Both the position numbers and the translations under genes were made by a program. Positions 1-9,568 of a DNA stretch of 64,000 nucleotides are shown piece after piece; position 1 is the stretch's first letter, and every line of letters begins with the position of its first letter. The notes below the pieces were generated by a model that saw only the letters and a list, made by a program, of their open reading frames with translations, had not been told where the DNA came from and searched no databases. Origin of the DNA: a virus; the IMG/VR virus record IMGVR_UViG_2906454065_000003, positions 1 through 64,000 of that record; one strand, 5' to 3'.

Positions 1-261
1 TCTGCTAAGATTGGTTCAAGTGGCGACTATGCTAAGATTGATAGCACTGGAGAAGATTCCGTTATCATGTGTGCTGGCAACAGTTCAATGGCAAAAGCAA
101 AGATTGGCTCATGGATAACGCTGGCAGAATGGAAATGGAGAGATGAAAAGAATCGCGATGTACCGGTATGTGTTAAAACTGAGTACGTAGATGGAGTGAA
201 TATCAAGGCTGATACTTGGTATCAACTTAAAAACGGAAAGTTTGTTGAAGTTAATGAGTAA
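1..261 (+). CDS. hypothetical protein, C-terminal fragment (start lies upstream of window)
   Basis: Frame 1 is open from position 1 to the stop at 259-261. The track ORF 67..261 is the internal-Met version. Confidence 0.4.
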   Translation, partial: SAKIGSSGDYAKIDSTGEDSVIMCAGNSSMAKAKIGSWITLAEWKWRDEKNRDVPVCVKTEYVDGVNIKADTWYQLKNGKFVEVNE

Positions 262-273
262 CTAACCACCCTT

Positions 274-567
274 ATGGGATTGAATATAAGTAATATGAAA
301 AAGATTATTTTGGCAGCCTTAGTCGTTGCAAGCTTGTTCGCTTCTTGCTCTAGCGAGAAGACTTTTAAAAAGAAAGATGGCTCTACGATTACAGCAAAGC
401 CTTATGGCTGGGCTAGTAAGGAAAACAAAGTAGAAGGTGTTAACTACGAGTTGAATGCTCCAGATGTTGCAGCATCTATAATCTTCGCCCCATCTGTTAT
501 CGCTCCAGTTTTGCTGACAGCTTACGATGTATGGGAGCCAGTATCATATACTGAGCCATCTAAGTAA
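274..567 (+). CDS. putative lipoprotein
   Basis: N-terminus MKKIILAALVVASLFASCSS is a signal peptide with a lipobox Cys. The likely real start is the internal MKK at about 295. Confidence 0.5.
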   Translation: MGLNISNMKKIILAALVVASLFASCSSEKTFKKKDGSTITAKPYGWASKENKVEGVNYELNAPDVAASIIFAPSVIAPVLLTAYDVWEPVSYTEPSK

Positions 568-1251
568 CTACCACCCTCTCCTTGGTGAAATTAAGATAAT
601 AACGAAAAAGTCGTGCTCGAATTAGATTAGTTGGCATTAGGTGTAGCCGTAAAATATCAATTACCGCTTGACAATTTACCTCAGAGCACTCTTATGTGGA
701 AAAGGCATCAAGCATTTAGTACACATCGAAGAACGTTAATGAGTGAAAGGCTCATAAAGACTCTAATCCGTTATTATTTTGATAACATCATGGGGAGGGT
801 AAAAAGAAGAGAATATGGATGCAAATAAAATAACATTAGCTGGCTATATTGTATATCTCCAAGGTATGTATAAACGATATGGCAATATAACTATTGCGCA
901 ACTAAAGCATATAGAAAGAATCAGAAAAAAGGAGGATAAGCAATGAGTAAAGTAACTGCAATTAATATAATTATCAAAAAGAAGAATCAATTAAGAAAGC
1001 ATAAAGAGGGATATGTTTCTTACATTAATATTGATGAAGTTTTTGTGTGGTTGAACGATATTCAAAAAGAATTGGAGGATGATTATGACTAGAGAAGAAT
1101 TACAAAATAAACTTGGCGATGCTATCTGTGAATATTGCAACAAGAACATTATTTCAGAATATAACATCGGCATAGGTTGGCTTTGCGAAGGTCAGTATTG
1201 TGAGGAAGCACAAGATGGCTACGCAGCAGAAAATAACATAGAGTTGGAGGA

Positions 1252-1599
1252 TTGATTATGATACAAAAACAGACATGGAAGGACGAAATCAGAATTTTAA
1301 TAACTGATGAAGAAAATCTTGGTTCTGTTCAAATATCCATTCCATTATATGTTAGTGATATTTTCGGCAAAGCTGATGCTTTAATATATGCACTCTTTGT
1401 TGATGATACTCATAGAAGATGTGGCGTTGCAAAACGTCTGTTACAACTTGCTGAACAACAAGCTAAGTTAAATGGAGTGAAAATAATCGGGTTGGAATTT
1501 AATAAAGATGAATCTGAGAGTTTTGTTTTCGAATGGTATCTGAATAATGGTTATAAGCCATTTAATAAGGAAAGTAATTTATTAATTAAAAAAATATAG
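1252..1599 (+). CDS. GNAT-family N-acetyltransferase (putative)
   Basis: RRCGVAKRLLQLAE resembles GNAT motif A (R/Q-x-x-G-x-A/G). Size of 115 aa fits. Confidence 0.45.
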   Translation: MIMIQKQTWKDEIRILITDEENLGSVQISIPLYVSDIFGKADALIYALFVDDTHRRCGVAKRLLQLAEQQAKLNGVKIIGLEFNKDESESFVFEWYLNNGYKPFNKESNLLIKKI

Positions 1600-1607
1600 T
1601 ATTAGTT

Positions 1608-1829
1608 ATGTCATGGTTAGCAGTAGATAAAGGTGGCTGTGAACATATTTTTGCAGAAAAACCTTACAGAAATGAAAGTAATACATTATGGATTTGCTCT
1701 GTCGTATATTTATATGGGCAGAGGTACGCAAATACCGGTTGCTGTTACCTTCCTAAAGGAAGCATTAAGAAGCTCATCGGAAAAGAATTGTCTTGGAAAG
1801 ATGAGCCTGTCGAACTTAAAGGAGAATAA
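1608..1829 (+). CDS. hypothetical small protein (paralog of 49942..50130)
   Basis: C-terminus PKGSIKKLIGKELSWKDEPVELKGE is nearly identical to the C-terminus of ORF 49942..50130. Confidence 0.5.
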   Translation: MSWLAVDKGGCEHIFAEKPYRNESNTLWICSVVYLYGQRYANTGCCYLPKGSIKKLIGKELSWKDEPVELKGE

Positions 1830-1948
1830 GTAATGAATGAAAAGATTCAAAAATGTCAAACTTGTTATTATGATAATAGGTGTTATTGGCAAGAGTTAGC
1901 AGACCATATTCCTATGGATTGCAATGACTATAAAAAGAGGGATAGGAA

Positions 1949-2302
1949 ATGAGCAAAATGAACGTCAAAAAGTCTCTTCTAGATGTTGTTAAAAGCAATA
2001 ACTTAGAGATACTAAAAATAGATTTATTCAATGATTTTGAGTTGTTCGTAAGGGAAGGCACTAGGGAACGTAATGAGTATTGCAAGACTTATGCAACATT
2101 AGACGATTTGGATTTTGATGTAGAGGCTTTCTTGCTTAATGATGAAGTACGTGGAATTGTATACTGCCAAGATAAAGACACAAAAGAACCAGTGTGGATT
2201 GAACCTTGGAGTGACGAATGCTATTCTTGGTGGCAGATTAGTAGAGTTCCTGCCTTCTATAAGGATAGACTTAAAGATTTAAATATGAAAAAATATGAGT
2301 AA
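1949..2302 (+). CDS. hypothetical protein
   Basis: 117-aa ORF that fits the + strand gene array. Confidence 0.45.
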   Translation: MSKMNVKKSLLDVVKSNNLEILKIDLFNDFELFVREGTRERNEYCKTYATLDDLDFDVEAFLLNDEVRGIVYCQDKDTKEPVWIEPWSDECYSWWQISRVPAFYKDRLKDLNMKKYE

Positions 2303-2622
2303 AGTATCGGCACTAACAATTATTGATGATATGATTGAAAACTATACTAGAATGATGAACTCAGGAAATAAGAAAGTTCTTGTAGTTCACGCTAGAAGTT
2401 TTCTAAAACTAATCAAGCAAGAGTTAGAACTTAAAGAAGAATAGTTATGGAAAGAATATTCGAAGTAAATATTAGAGTTACTATTGATTCTAAGTGCAAT
2501 GATAGTGACGATAATATTATAGAAGAACTTATGTATGGAGCAGATAAATATTTCTATCCATATTGTTGTAATAATGAACATATAGAGCATACTAATAGTA
2601 CTGCTCATAAATTAAATAAAAA

Positions 2623-3051
2623 ATGAAAAGTATGCACGAAGAATTTATAGGAGCAGGAATAGCTAACTTGTTTATTGAACGAATGAAGTTAGAAGGATGG
2701 TTGCCAATTAAAGAGTATTTCAAGATGAAAAAACTTGGAATTGAGCTTGATTGGGTAATGGTTCTTACTATGGAGAATGATGGATTTATCGCAATACCAA
2801 TGGTAGCAGAATATCGTGTTCCACATAAAGATAGTGGGCGAAAATCTGGTTGGTATAAAGACGAGATTGATAATCCAAACAGGAGAATTGATGATTGGAC
2901 TAATGTAATTATGTTCAAGCTTATAGATAAGCCTTATATTGACGGAATAAGAGATTCTATTCTTGACAAATATAAAGAGGCTGAAGGTATTACAGATACT
3001 CATGCTTATAATTTGTCTTTCAATGAGGCGGTTATTAAACAATGTAAGTGA
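2623..3051 (+). CDS. hypothetical protein
   Basis: 142-aa ORF. The overlapping antisense ORFs are weaker. Confidence 0.45.
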   Translation: MKSMHEEFIGAGIANLFIERMKLEGWLPIKEYFKMKKLGIELDWVMVLTMENDGFIAIPMVAEYRVPHKDSGRKSGWYKDEIDNPNRRIDDWTNVIMFKLIDKPYIDGIRDSILDKYKEAEGITDTHAYNLSFNEAVIKQCK

Positions 3052-3069
3052 ATTAAATGATTTTAGCGT

Positions 3070-3468
3070 ATGAAATTAGAAAATATCAAATTCAAGGCCA
3101 AGCGTCTTGACAATAACACTTGGGTAGAAGGTTACTTCTGTGTTGAATGTGGTAACACTTATATCATCGAGGATAGGCAGAGTGAATCAATGCTTAATAG
3201 AAACGAGGCACATCAGGTTGACCCTTTAACGGTCTGCCAATTCACAGGTCTGAAAGATTGTGTGGGCAATGAGATTTGGGAATGTGATATGCTTTCAAAT
3301 GTCACCAATGATAGTCCTGACGGAATAGTAGTGTTTAAATATGGCGCATTTTCTTTACTCGCTAAGAATGGTCGTGATTTTTGCGTTGCACTAACATACC
3401 TTATGAGTGAGAAAGATTCGTTAAATAGATTTAAGGTCGTCGGCAATAAATTCGATAAGGAGAAGTAG
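3070..3468 (+). CDS. conserved phage protein (paralog of 50946..51329)
   Basis: Shares an N-terminus (MK(L/I)(E/K)NIKFKAK) and the block TVCxFTGLKDCxGNExWEGD...VVGNKFDK with ORF 50946..51329. Confidence 0.55.
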   Translation: MKLENIKFKAKRLDNNTWVEGYFCVECGNTYIIEDRQSESMLNRNEAHQVDPLTVCQFTGLKDCVGNEIWECDMLSNVTNDSPDGIVVFKYGAFSLLAKNGRDFCVALTYLMSEKDSLNRFKVVGNKFDKEK

Positions 3469-3471
3469 CGT

Positions 3472-3852
3472 ATGAATATAGGAATTTTATATCTTTGTAT
3501 GAGTTTTATCTACATCCTGCTTGTTTGCTTGGATGGAGAAGATGTAAAACCGAAATGGAAACAATGGCTAGCTGACAAACTAGGCATCAAGCCAAAGATA
3601 GAGGTTAGATACATAAAGCCACAAGTCGTTAAGCTTCATTCAAGAGTTACAATGTCAAATTTTGAAATGCAATACTATTGCCGTGACAAATTTGGCATGG
3701 AGCAATTGAAGAGAAGAGCAATAGAAAGTGTGTACGATGAAATTCTTAAGGGAATGAAGGCAAACGAATTGGTTTCCATTTCGCAATATAATGACATTTA
3801 TAGTAATAACACTATTTATGAGGGGACATGTGAAATTTATAAAAACAAGTAG
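3472..3852 (+). CDS. hypothetical protein with N-terminal transmembrane segment
   Basis: Hydrophobic N-terminus ILYLCMSFIYILLVCL. The start follows the TAGCGTATG junction. Confidence 0.45.
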   Translation: MNIGILYLCMSFIYILLVCLDGEDVKPKWKQWLADKLGIKPKIEVRYIKPQVVKLHSRVTMSNFEMQYYCRDKFGMEQLKRRAIESVYDEILKGMKANELVSISQYNDIYSNNTIYEGTCEIYKNK

Positions 3853-3855
3853 TAT

Positions 3856-4179
3856 ATGAAGATAAGACAAGCTAAGAAAATCTTGAATATGATGGCGAAA
3901 GGAACGGACACACGTTACTTCGATTCAAAATATACATTCAAGAAAGAGAGTAGATTCATTCCTAGATTAAAGAATCTCTATCAGAAAGCAACTATCAGAT
4001 GGAATAAGGTAAATATGCCGAGTGCCAACGTTAGTTTGTTTCGTTCAATTTTGAGAACTTCAAAGGAATGCAGTCGTTGTAAACATTTCAATGGTATGCT
4101 TGCAGGAAGATGTACTAAACTACATAAGTATGTTGAAAGCAGCGATTGGTGTCATGGAACTTTTTTTTGCAGAAAGTGA
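3856..4179 (+). CDS. small basic protein, MKIRQAKKI family, Cys-rich C-terminus
   Basis: N-terminus MKIRQAKKI is shared with 4187..4456 and 52469..52642. C-terminal CxxC...C...C suggests a Zn-binding site. Confidence 0.45.
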   Translation: MKIRQAKKILNMMAKGTDTRYFDSKYTFKKESRFIPRLKNLYQKATIRWNKVNMPSANVSLFRSILRTSKECSRCKHFNGMLAGRCTKLHKYVESSDWCHGTFFCRK

Positions 4180-4186
4180 GGTTGAC

Positions 4187-4456
4187 ATGAAAATAAGACA
4201 AGCTAAGAAGATAATGAAGGAAGTCTATAAAACCCGATATTGGGCTTATAGGCAAGGCTATTATTGTGGCAAGATGGATGCAGGAAAGCTAGCCGGAGAC
4301 CATCGTTTGTTAAAGGCTATGCGTCTTACAAAGAAGTGGGAAAGCCGCAAGATACGAAATGATGTGAATAAAATACTGGAGAAGAATCCGTTCAAACCGA
4401 GGGATCTTCAACGTAGTGTTTTAAGATTGAAAAGATATGGATGTAGCAAAGCTTAA
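4187..4456 (+). CDS. small basic protein, MKIRQAKKI family (paralog)
   Basis: ATG at 4187 gives MKIRQAKKIMKEVYK. The track ORF 4091..4456 starts at an upstream Met in the same frame. Confidence 0.45.
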   Translation: MKIRQAKKIMKEVYKTRYWAYRQGYYCGKMDAGKLAGDHRLLKAMRLTKKWESRKIRNDVNKILEKNPFKPRDLQRSVLRLKRYGCSKA

Positions 4457-4772
4457 TCAGGAAATTTTAGGCGTAGATTTGGAATACAAAAACGTCTATA
4501 TTGATGCGGAGAATACGAGGATGATACGTGCCAAATTACCTGATGGGTATTGCGATCTGGTTCGCACAAATGTGTGGAATGGTCGTGAGAATCATCCGGA
4601 AGAGCATGATATTGTAAAATATACGGCAATCTCTTGGTATAGAGAAGAATTTGTCGGTGGAGTTGATTTAGGTCGCAACTACATGCATGTTAAATATAAG
4701 TTCTTCGAGTTGGTTGTGAATAAAAAATATATTTTGGAAATGAAACATAAGAAAAATGAAAATGCTAGATAA
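4437..4772 (+). CDS. hypothetical protein
   Basis: 111-aa ORF in the + strand array. Confidence 0.4.
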   Translation: MDVAKLNQEILGVDLEYKNVYIDAENTRMIRAKLPDGYCDLVRTNVWNGRENHPEEHDIVKYTAISWYREEFVGGVDLGRNYMHVKYKFFELVVNKKYILEMKHKKNENAR

Positions 4773-5184
4773 TAAGTTAATCATAGATATTCCTAAAGGA
4801 ATGGAAGTGGACATTGAAAAAAGTGACTTGAAAGTGGGCATTATAGCATTCAAGAAGAGACCATTCAGCTATGAGGATGTTATATCTACTTTAATAGACC
4901 GTGGCCTTAGCCCTGTCGTTGCTAATGTTACTAATAGTAATGTAGAGAAAATTGTTGCATTGGATAAGTTAATGGATATAGCTAAGTGTTATAATGGAGA
5001 TTGGAAACCGGATTGGAATTCTAATGAACATAAGTATAATATCATGCGAACCCGTGAATATGGTATTACTTCTTGTAGTAGTTATAACGAGGGAGCTATT
5101 TACTTCAAGAACAAAGAAGATGCCCAAGCCGTTATTGATAATCCGAATTTCAGAAGCATTCTTGATGCAATCTATAAGGACTAA
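4756..5184 (+). CDS. hypothetical protein
   Basis: 142-aa ORF. Confidence 0.45.
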   Translation: MKMLDNKLIIDIPKGMEVDIEKSDLKVGIIAFKKRPFSYEDVISTLIDRGLSPVVANVTNSNVEKIVALDKLMDIAKCYNGDWKPDWNSNEHKYNIMRTREYGITSCSSYNEGAIYFKNKEDAQAVIDNPNFRSILDAIYKD

Positions 5185-5189
5185 GGCTT

Positions 5190-5429
5190 ATGAAGGAAAT
5201 GTTCTTTAAAAGTGTAAAGTTCCGTGAAGTTCAGCATTTGGCATTCTCGGATGAATATATAACTGCATACGTATCGGTAAACCATGTTCCTAAGATACAC
5301 CTAAGTGTAAATACACCTCGTGATGAATATGGGTTTGCGAAAGGTAAATCAAAGCGTTACTTTAGAGTGGGGTTTGGAAAATGGCTCACCGAACGAGCGT
5401 TTGTTAAGAAATATTTTAGTGAAGAATAA
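5190..5429 (+). CDS. hypothetical protein
   Basis: 79-aa ORF whose stop abuts the next start (TAAATG). Confidence 0.4.
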   Translation: MKEMFFKSVKFREVQHLAFSDEYITAYVSVNHVPKIHLSVNTPRDEYGFAKGKSKRYFRVGFGKWLTERAFVKKYFSEE

Positions 5430-6455
5430 ATGAATATAAAAAAGTCAGATATGGGAAATAAGATTAATGTAGCGGAAATCCTAAAGGATAAGCCGCAAGG
5501 AACTAAGTTGTACGACTTATTACGCAATATAGACGTAGAGTTAGATAAAGTCCACACAACAGACGTTGGTACTTATATAGAATGTACATCAACTAATGAA
5601 GTAGGCAGTACTCTTTTGTTTGATTATTCAAAACTAGGTACAGAAAAATGCTGGCTTGAAGGCTTACGGATTCTCCTTCCTTCTAAGAATATGCGTGACT
5701 GGGGCAAGTTCGCCTGGAAGAAGGGCGATTTGCTTATCAATAGTTGTGGATTTCAGTGCATTTTCAAAGAATGGGCATCTGATGATTATACAAAGTTCAA
5801 CGGATGCTATTCTAATAGCAGGGATGGTTACGAAGACGTATCAAATGCAGAAACAGCTAAGTTTGACAAGTTAGATAACAATATTGCCTATGGATATGTC
5901 AGAGAGATTGAAAGAAAATTAGGAGGAATATTAAACCTCACCACTTTGGAGATTGAAAAGCAGTATGAGTTCAAGGATGGTGATATAGCTTTTGCCGACT
6001 ATGGTAATAGACAAGATGTATTTATAGTATCAGGCAAAACCGGTTTATCAGAAGGTTATAGCTCATTTATTTCTTTAGATTTAAGTAGTCTAATTTTGAG
6101 TATGGCATGCAGAACTACTTTCTTTAAGAAAGACATTTGTAAACTTCGCCTTGCCACGGAAGAAGAGAAGCAGCAGCTCTTTGATGCTCTCGAAAAGGAA
6201 GGCAAGGCTTGGGATGCTGAGAAGAAACAGATTGTGGACTTGAAGCCAAATATTGAACTCAAGCCATTTGATAAAGTGCTGGTAAGAGACTTTAGTAGAG
6301 ATAAATGGAGTATAAGTTTCTTTAGTTTTAAAAAGGAAGACTTGTACGTATGCATAAATCATTGTAGTTGGAATCAATGTATTCCTTACGACGGCAACGA
6401 ATCATTGTTAGGTACAACTAAAAATGTGGAGGTAAGTTATGGACGAAGCTTTTAA
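5430..6455 (+). CDS. hypothetical protein (paralog of 46302..47249)
   Basis: 341 aa. Long collinear similarity with ORF 46302..47249 (KNKPxGTKL..., GDIAFADYGNRQ.VFIVSG.TGLSEGY..., CxLRLATEEEK...). Confidence 0.55.
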   Translation: MNIKKSDMGNKINVAEILKDKPQGTKLYDLLRNIDVELDKVHTTDVGTYIECTSTNEVGSTLLFDYSKLGTEKCWLEGLRILLPSKNMRDWGKFAWKKGDLLINSCGFQCIFKEWASDDYTKFNGCYSNSRDGYEDVSNAETAKFDKLDNNIAYGYVREIERKLGGILNLTTLEIEKQYEFKDGDIAFADYGNRQDVFIVSGKTGLSEGYSSFISLDLSSLILSMACRTTFFKKDICKLRLATEEEKQQLFDALEKEGKAWDAEKKQIVDLKPNIELKPFDKVLVRDFSRDKWSISFFSFKKEDLYVCINHCSWNQCIPYDGNESLLGTTKNVEVSYGRSF

Positions 6456-6598
6456 GAAAGAACTTATAGAGCATTGTAAAAGGCAAATGCAACGCTTTGA
6501 GAGAATGGGAAGAACAGATTCTTTCGCATATAAAGAACATGCTGTTTTACTTAGTTTTCTTGAACGTCCATATTTACCTTTTTAATATAGTAATAGTT

Positions 6599-6997
6599 AT
6601 GATAGACATAAAGAAGAAAATCCAAGCCGCCAGAGATTACGCAAGCAAAAGCTATCGTGTAATCAGAAAGGTTAGCAAAAACGGCTTTATGGTTCAAAGA
6701 GATAAAAATGCCGATAAGCATTTCTTGGATGGCATTGATTGGGCAGAGAAAGAGATATTCAAAGATTTGATTCATAATGCTAACGAAGTTCCTCAAATTG
6801 GCAGAGGAAGGATTCTTGCATACTCAAGAGACTGCGGTTATAGAAATCTTTACAACCTATACGATATGATGTACAAGACTGATTGCGGCACATATCAAGA
6901 AATGTGGGAATTAGAAGTTAAAGCTTACTATTTGGATGGTTGGATATACGCAGATGAATTGTTTGACTTAATTATCAAAGGAGGTGAATGCAAATGA
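6599..6997 (+). CDS. hypothetical protein
   Basis: ATG at 6599 (MIDIKKK) avoids the overlap with an upstream small ORF that the track start at 6497 would create. Confidence 0.4.
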   Translation: MIDIKKKIQAARDYASKSYRVIRKVSKNGFMVQRDKNADKHFLDGIDWAEKEIFKDLIHNANEVPQIGRGRILAYSRDCGYRNLYNLYDMMYKTDCGTYQEMWELEVKAYYLDGWIYADELFDLIIKGGECK

Positions 6998-7493
6998 CCG
7001 ATGCAGAATTTAATAAGTTTGTGCTTATACTAGAGAATGAAGCGTTTCGGTTTGCAAGAAGTCAAAACGTATTCAAGGAACATCGAGGGGTGATAGAGCA
7101 GTCTTTCAAGATAGGAGGGATGTTCATCCTTCGAGAGTTGGAAAAGTATTTTAATCAAAAGAAGTAAGCGTATGATATTATATGAGAATCAATGTTTTGA
7201 GCTTTTAAAAGCTTTGTGTTATAGTGTTCCACAGAATCCAAATGTCGGTAGGTTTGAGATTGCAAACGTGATACTTGACATATTACAAAAAATAAAAGAT
7301 GCGGATTAACAGCTTTCGGGCACAAATTTAAAGATAATGACAAAGGAAGAAATATTGGAAAAGGCATCTGATTTTGAGGATGAAGATGAGTTTGTGAAGT
7401 GTGATAGATTGCCGTTCACTGAAGAATTGTGGCTTTTACATCAGCTAGTGTATATTGGCTTGTCTTGTACCTATACAGGTCGTGGTTATATAA

Positions 7494-8294
7494 TTGAGAA
7501 ACTTAAAGATTAGTAAAATGGAAGCAAATGATTATTTGAAAGCCATGCAAGCTATGGACGAATTGGATAGACTTGTAACTAGTGTTTATCCGGATAAGTT
7601 CAAGTTGGTCTGCAAGAAGCATGGAATAGATGAATGCGAGGCGATGAACATGTATTCGTACTTGCAAAAGATGCATAAAGGTCAGTCTTGGTTAGTTAGA
7701 TACAAGCCATTGGAATATCTAGAGCGTGTATTAATACTAGCCAAAGAAGCTTATGCGTCTTACATGAACAACGGCTTGATTCTAAGTATGGTCAATTTTG
7801 GTGATAAGTACACAAGAATACTTGTAATATTTGAGAAAGATGGCGTAAGAAGCCAACAAGAATTTGACCTTAGAGAGCAAAGAACATATGTTGATATAGC
7901 GGACTTTATTGGAAATGGTTACTCCATCGTATCTGTTATCCGTCAGTCTGACAATGTTGATAGCGAAAAATTTGTTGGAGAAAAGGATGAGCGAAGTCAT
8001 AGTATTCCTATTTACGATGGTGATGTAATGCTTTGTTACGTGAATAAACCGGAATTTTGGAGTTCCGATTGGCGTAATAGCGGACTTTATATTTGTGAGA
8101 ACGGCTCATATCATAGATTGCTATACACCCCGAATAAGGGGTACGTAAGACATGGAGAGCCTGATGTAGATGAAGACTTCACCCTTGATATTGGGGAAAA
8201 ATCCTTCAATAGTTATGTTATGACTTTAAGCCAGTCTTGGTATAAGTTGGGTAATGTTCATGCAGGTATAGGCTTTTTGAAGGAGAAAGAATAG
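7494..8294 (+). CDS. hypothetical protein
   Basis: 266-aa ORF. Confidence 0.45.
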   Translation: MRNLKISKMEANDYLKAMQAMDELDRLVTSVYPDKFKLVCKKHGIDECEAMNMYSYLQKMHKGQSWLVRYKPLEYLERVLILAKEAYASYMNNGLILSMVNFGDKYTRILVIFEKDGVRSQQEFDLREQRTYVDIADFIGNGYSIVSVIRQSDNVDSEKFVGEKDERSHSIPIYDGDVMLCYVNKPEFWSSDWRNSGLYICENGSYHRLLYTPNKGYVRHGEPDVDEDFTLDIGEKSFNSYVMTLSQSWYKLGNVHAGIGFLKEKE

Positions 8295-8315
8295 AAGAGT
8301 AAAAGGAGAGGAATA

Positions 8316-8582
8316 TCATTTCCCCTCCTTTGCCCTAATCTCCAGCTCGATAGGCTTGCCGCAATGGGGGCAGATGATAGCCGGATGCGATAAGGTTTCA
8401 CCATCAATAGCAAGGAAACTAGATGGCGAGCAACCACAAATACTAGCTATTTGTTCTACTTTCGCAAATGAAATTGAGCCATTATTGATTTGTTGCGATA
8501 AAGCTGATTGGGTAATACCTAACTTTTCAGCTACAGATGAAATGGTTTGCCCATGACTCCTAATTATTTTCTTTAAGTCCAT
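8316..8582 (-). CDS. XRE-family HTH transcriptional regulator
   Basis: GQTISSVAEKLGITQSALSQ is a helix-turn-helix. A C-terminal CPHCG is present. The N-terminus is paralogous to 13913..14218. A divergent promoter region lies upstream. Confidence 0.6.
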   Translation of the reverse strand: MDLKKIIRSHGQTISSVAEKLGITQSALSQQINNGSISFAKVEQIASICGCSPSSFLAIDGETLSHPAIICPHCGKPIELEIRAKEGK

Positions 8583-8623
8583 ACCTTATTATATATAAGT
8601 GAATACTAATATTTATTATGCTG

Positions 8624-8631
8624 CAAAGATA
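8624..8631 (-). promoter_or_regulatory. -7 box (TATCTTTG, Bacteroides type) for HTH gene 8316..8582
   Basis: The reverse complement of 8624..8631 is TATCTTTG, about 45 nt upstream of the ATG. Confidence 0.45.
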
Positions 8632-8733
8632 GCTTATTTTTTTTTAACTGCCAAAGAAAAAGAGTTAAATATTAGAATTAGCTAATAATTAGTGAATAAA
8701 TGTTTAGAAATAGCTTATAAGTGTTAAATAAGT

Positions 8734-8779
8734 GGTAATATTAGAAATTTCTTATAGAAATATTTGGTAATATTAGAAA
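8734..8779. promoter_or_regulatory. two direct repeats GGTAATATTAGAAA (putative operators)
   Basis: Identical 14-mers at 8734..8747 and 8766..8779, 32 bp apart, each with a palindromic TAATATTA core. They overlap the -33 region of the + promoter. Confidence 0.4.
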
Positions 8780-8794
8780 AAACTACTATCTTTG
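8763..8794 (+). promoter_or_regulatory. Bacteroides-type promoter (-33 TTTG, -7 TATCTTTG) for 8883..9221
   Basis: TTTG at 8763..8766 and TATCTTTG at 8787..8794. Confidence 0.5.
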
Positions 8795-8850
8795 CAATGT
8801 CTTTAAGAGATAAAGGCTTTAAAGTTTAACTATTAATTGCTGCTATGCAG

Positions 8851-8874
8851 CCGAGTCGGCACTCGTAAAACGGT
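8851..8874. repeat. left arm of a perfect 24-bp inverted repeat (CCGAGTCGGCACTCGTAAAACGGT)
   Basis: Reverse complement is identical to 13617..13640. Contains the internal palindrome CGAGT-CGGC-ACTCG. Sits in the 5'UTR 9 nt before the ATG at 8883. Confidence 0.9.
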
Positions 8875-8882
8875 TTGAGGAT

Positions 8883-9221
8883 ATGACAACTTCAATTAAG
8901 AACAAGATGAGAAAGGTAATGCAGTTGGCACATAGAGCCTATCAGTTGAAATCAAGTTCAATGTCTTGGGTTGAGTGCTTGAAACAGGCTTGGCAGGTCG
9001 TAAAGCTTGAGGCAGCGATGAAGACCAAGGTAGTAGAGTTCTTCTTTATGAAGATGAATGGTGAGGTAAGACAAGCCTTTGGTACTCTCCTTCAGAGCCA
9101 CATTGACTATACTCCAAATGGTACAGGGCATGCAGCATCAAGAGATTGCATCCGCTATTGGGATGAAGCAAAGGGCGCATGGAGACAATTCAAGGCTTAC
9201 AACTTCTTGCGAGTTGCATAA
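8883..9221 (+). CDS. hypothetical protein (paralog of 13278..13613)
   Basis: 112 aa. Conserved blocks AW..KL, IV.F.F.K..G..R.AFGTL and WR.FK.N..RVA are shared with the convergent copy. Confidence 0.55.
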   Translation: MTTSIKNKMRKVMQLAHRAYQLKSSSMSWVECLKQAWQVVKLEAAMKTKVVEFFFMKMNGEVRQAFGTLLQSHIDYTPNGTGHAASRDCIRYWDEAKGAWRQFKAYNFLRVA

Positions 9222-9315
9222 AGATATATTCACGTTCTAAGGTGTTTGGCGAGGCTTAATAGGGGGTGTGCCTTTAAACACCCCTTTAGTTTAGGACTTT
9301 TAAAGTATTTGAGAT

Positions 9316-9564
9316 ATGGAGACAATTGCTAAGTGTTTGAAAGAAGTGTTCTACAAAGGGCATCATATTACCAAGGTGGAGGACGTATTCGGTCAGGTTG
9401 CCGTTCGCATTGATAATGTTGTTGAACCAGGCTATGCTAGCATAGCCGATGCAAAACGAGTAATCAATGGTAAAGCCCCTAAATGGTTTACGGATGGTTA
9501 TATGTGGGACGAAGACAGCAAGAAGGTTGTAAAAGACACTAACGCTTTTCGATGGGAGGAGTAA
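9316..9564 (+). CDS. hypothetical protein
   Basis: 82-aa ORF. Confidence 0.4.
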   Translation: METIAKCLKEVFYKGHHITKVEDVFGQVAVRIDNVVEPGYASIADAKRVINGKAPKWFTDGYMWDEDSKKVVKDTNAFRWEE

Positions 9565-9568
9565 GAAA

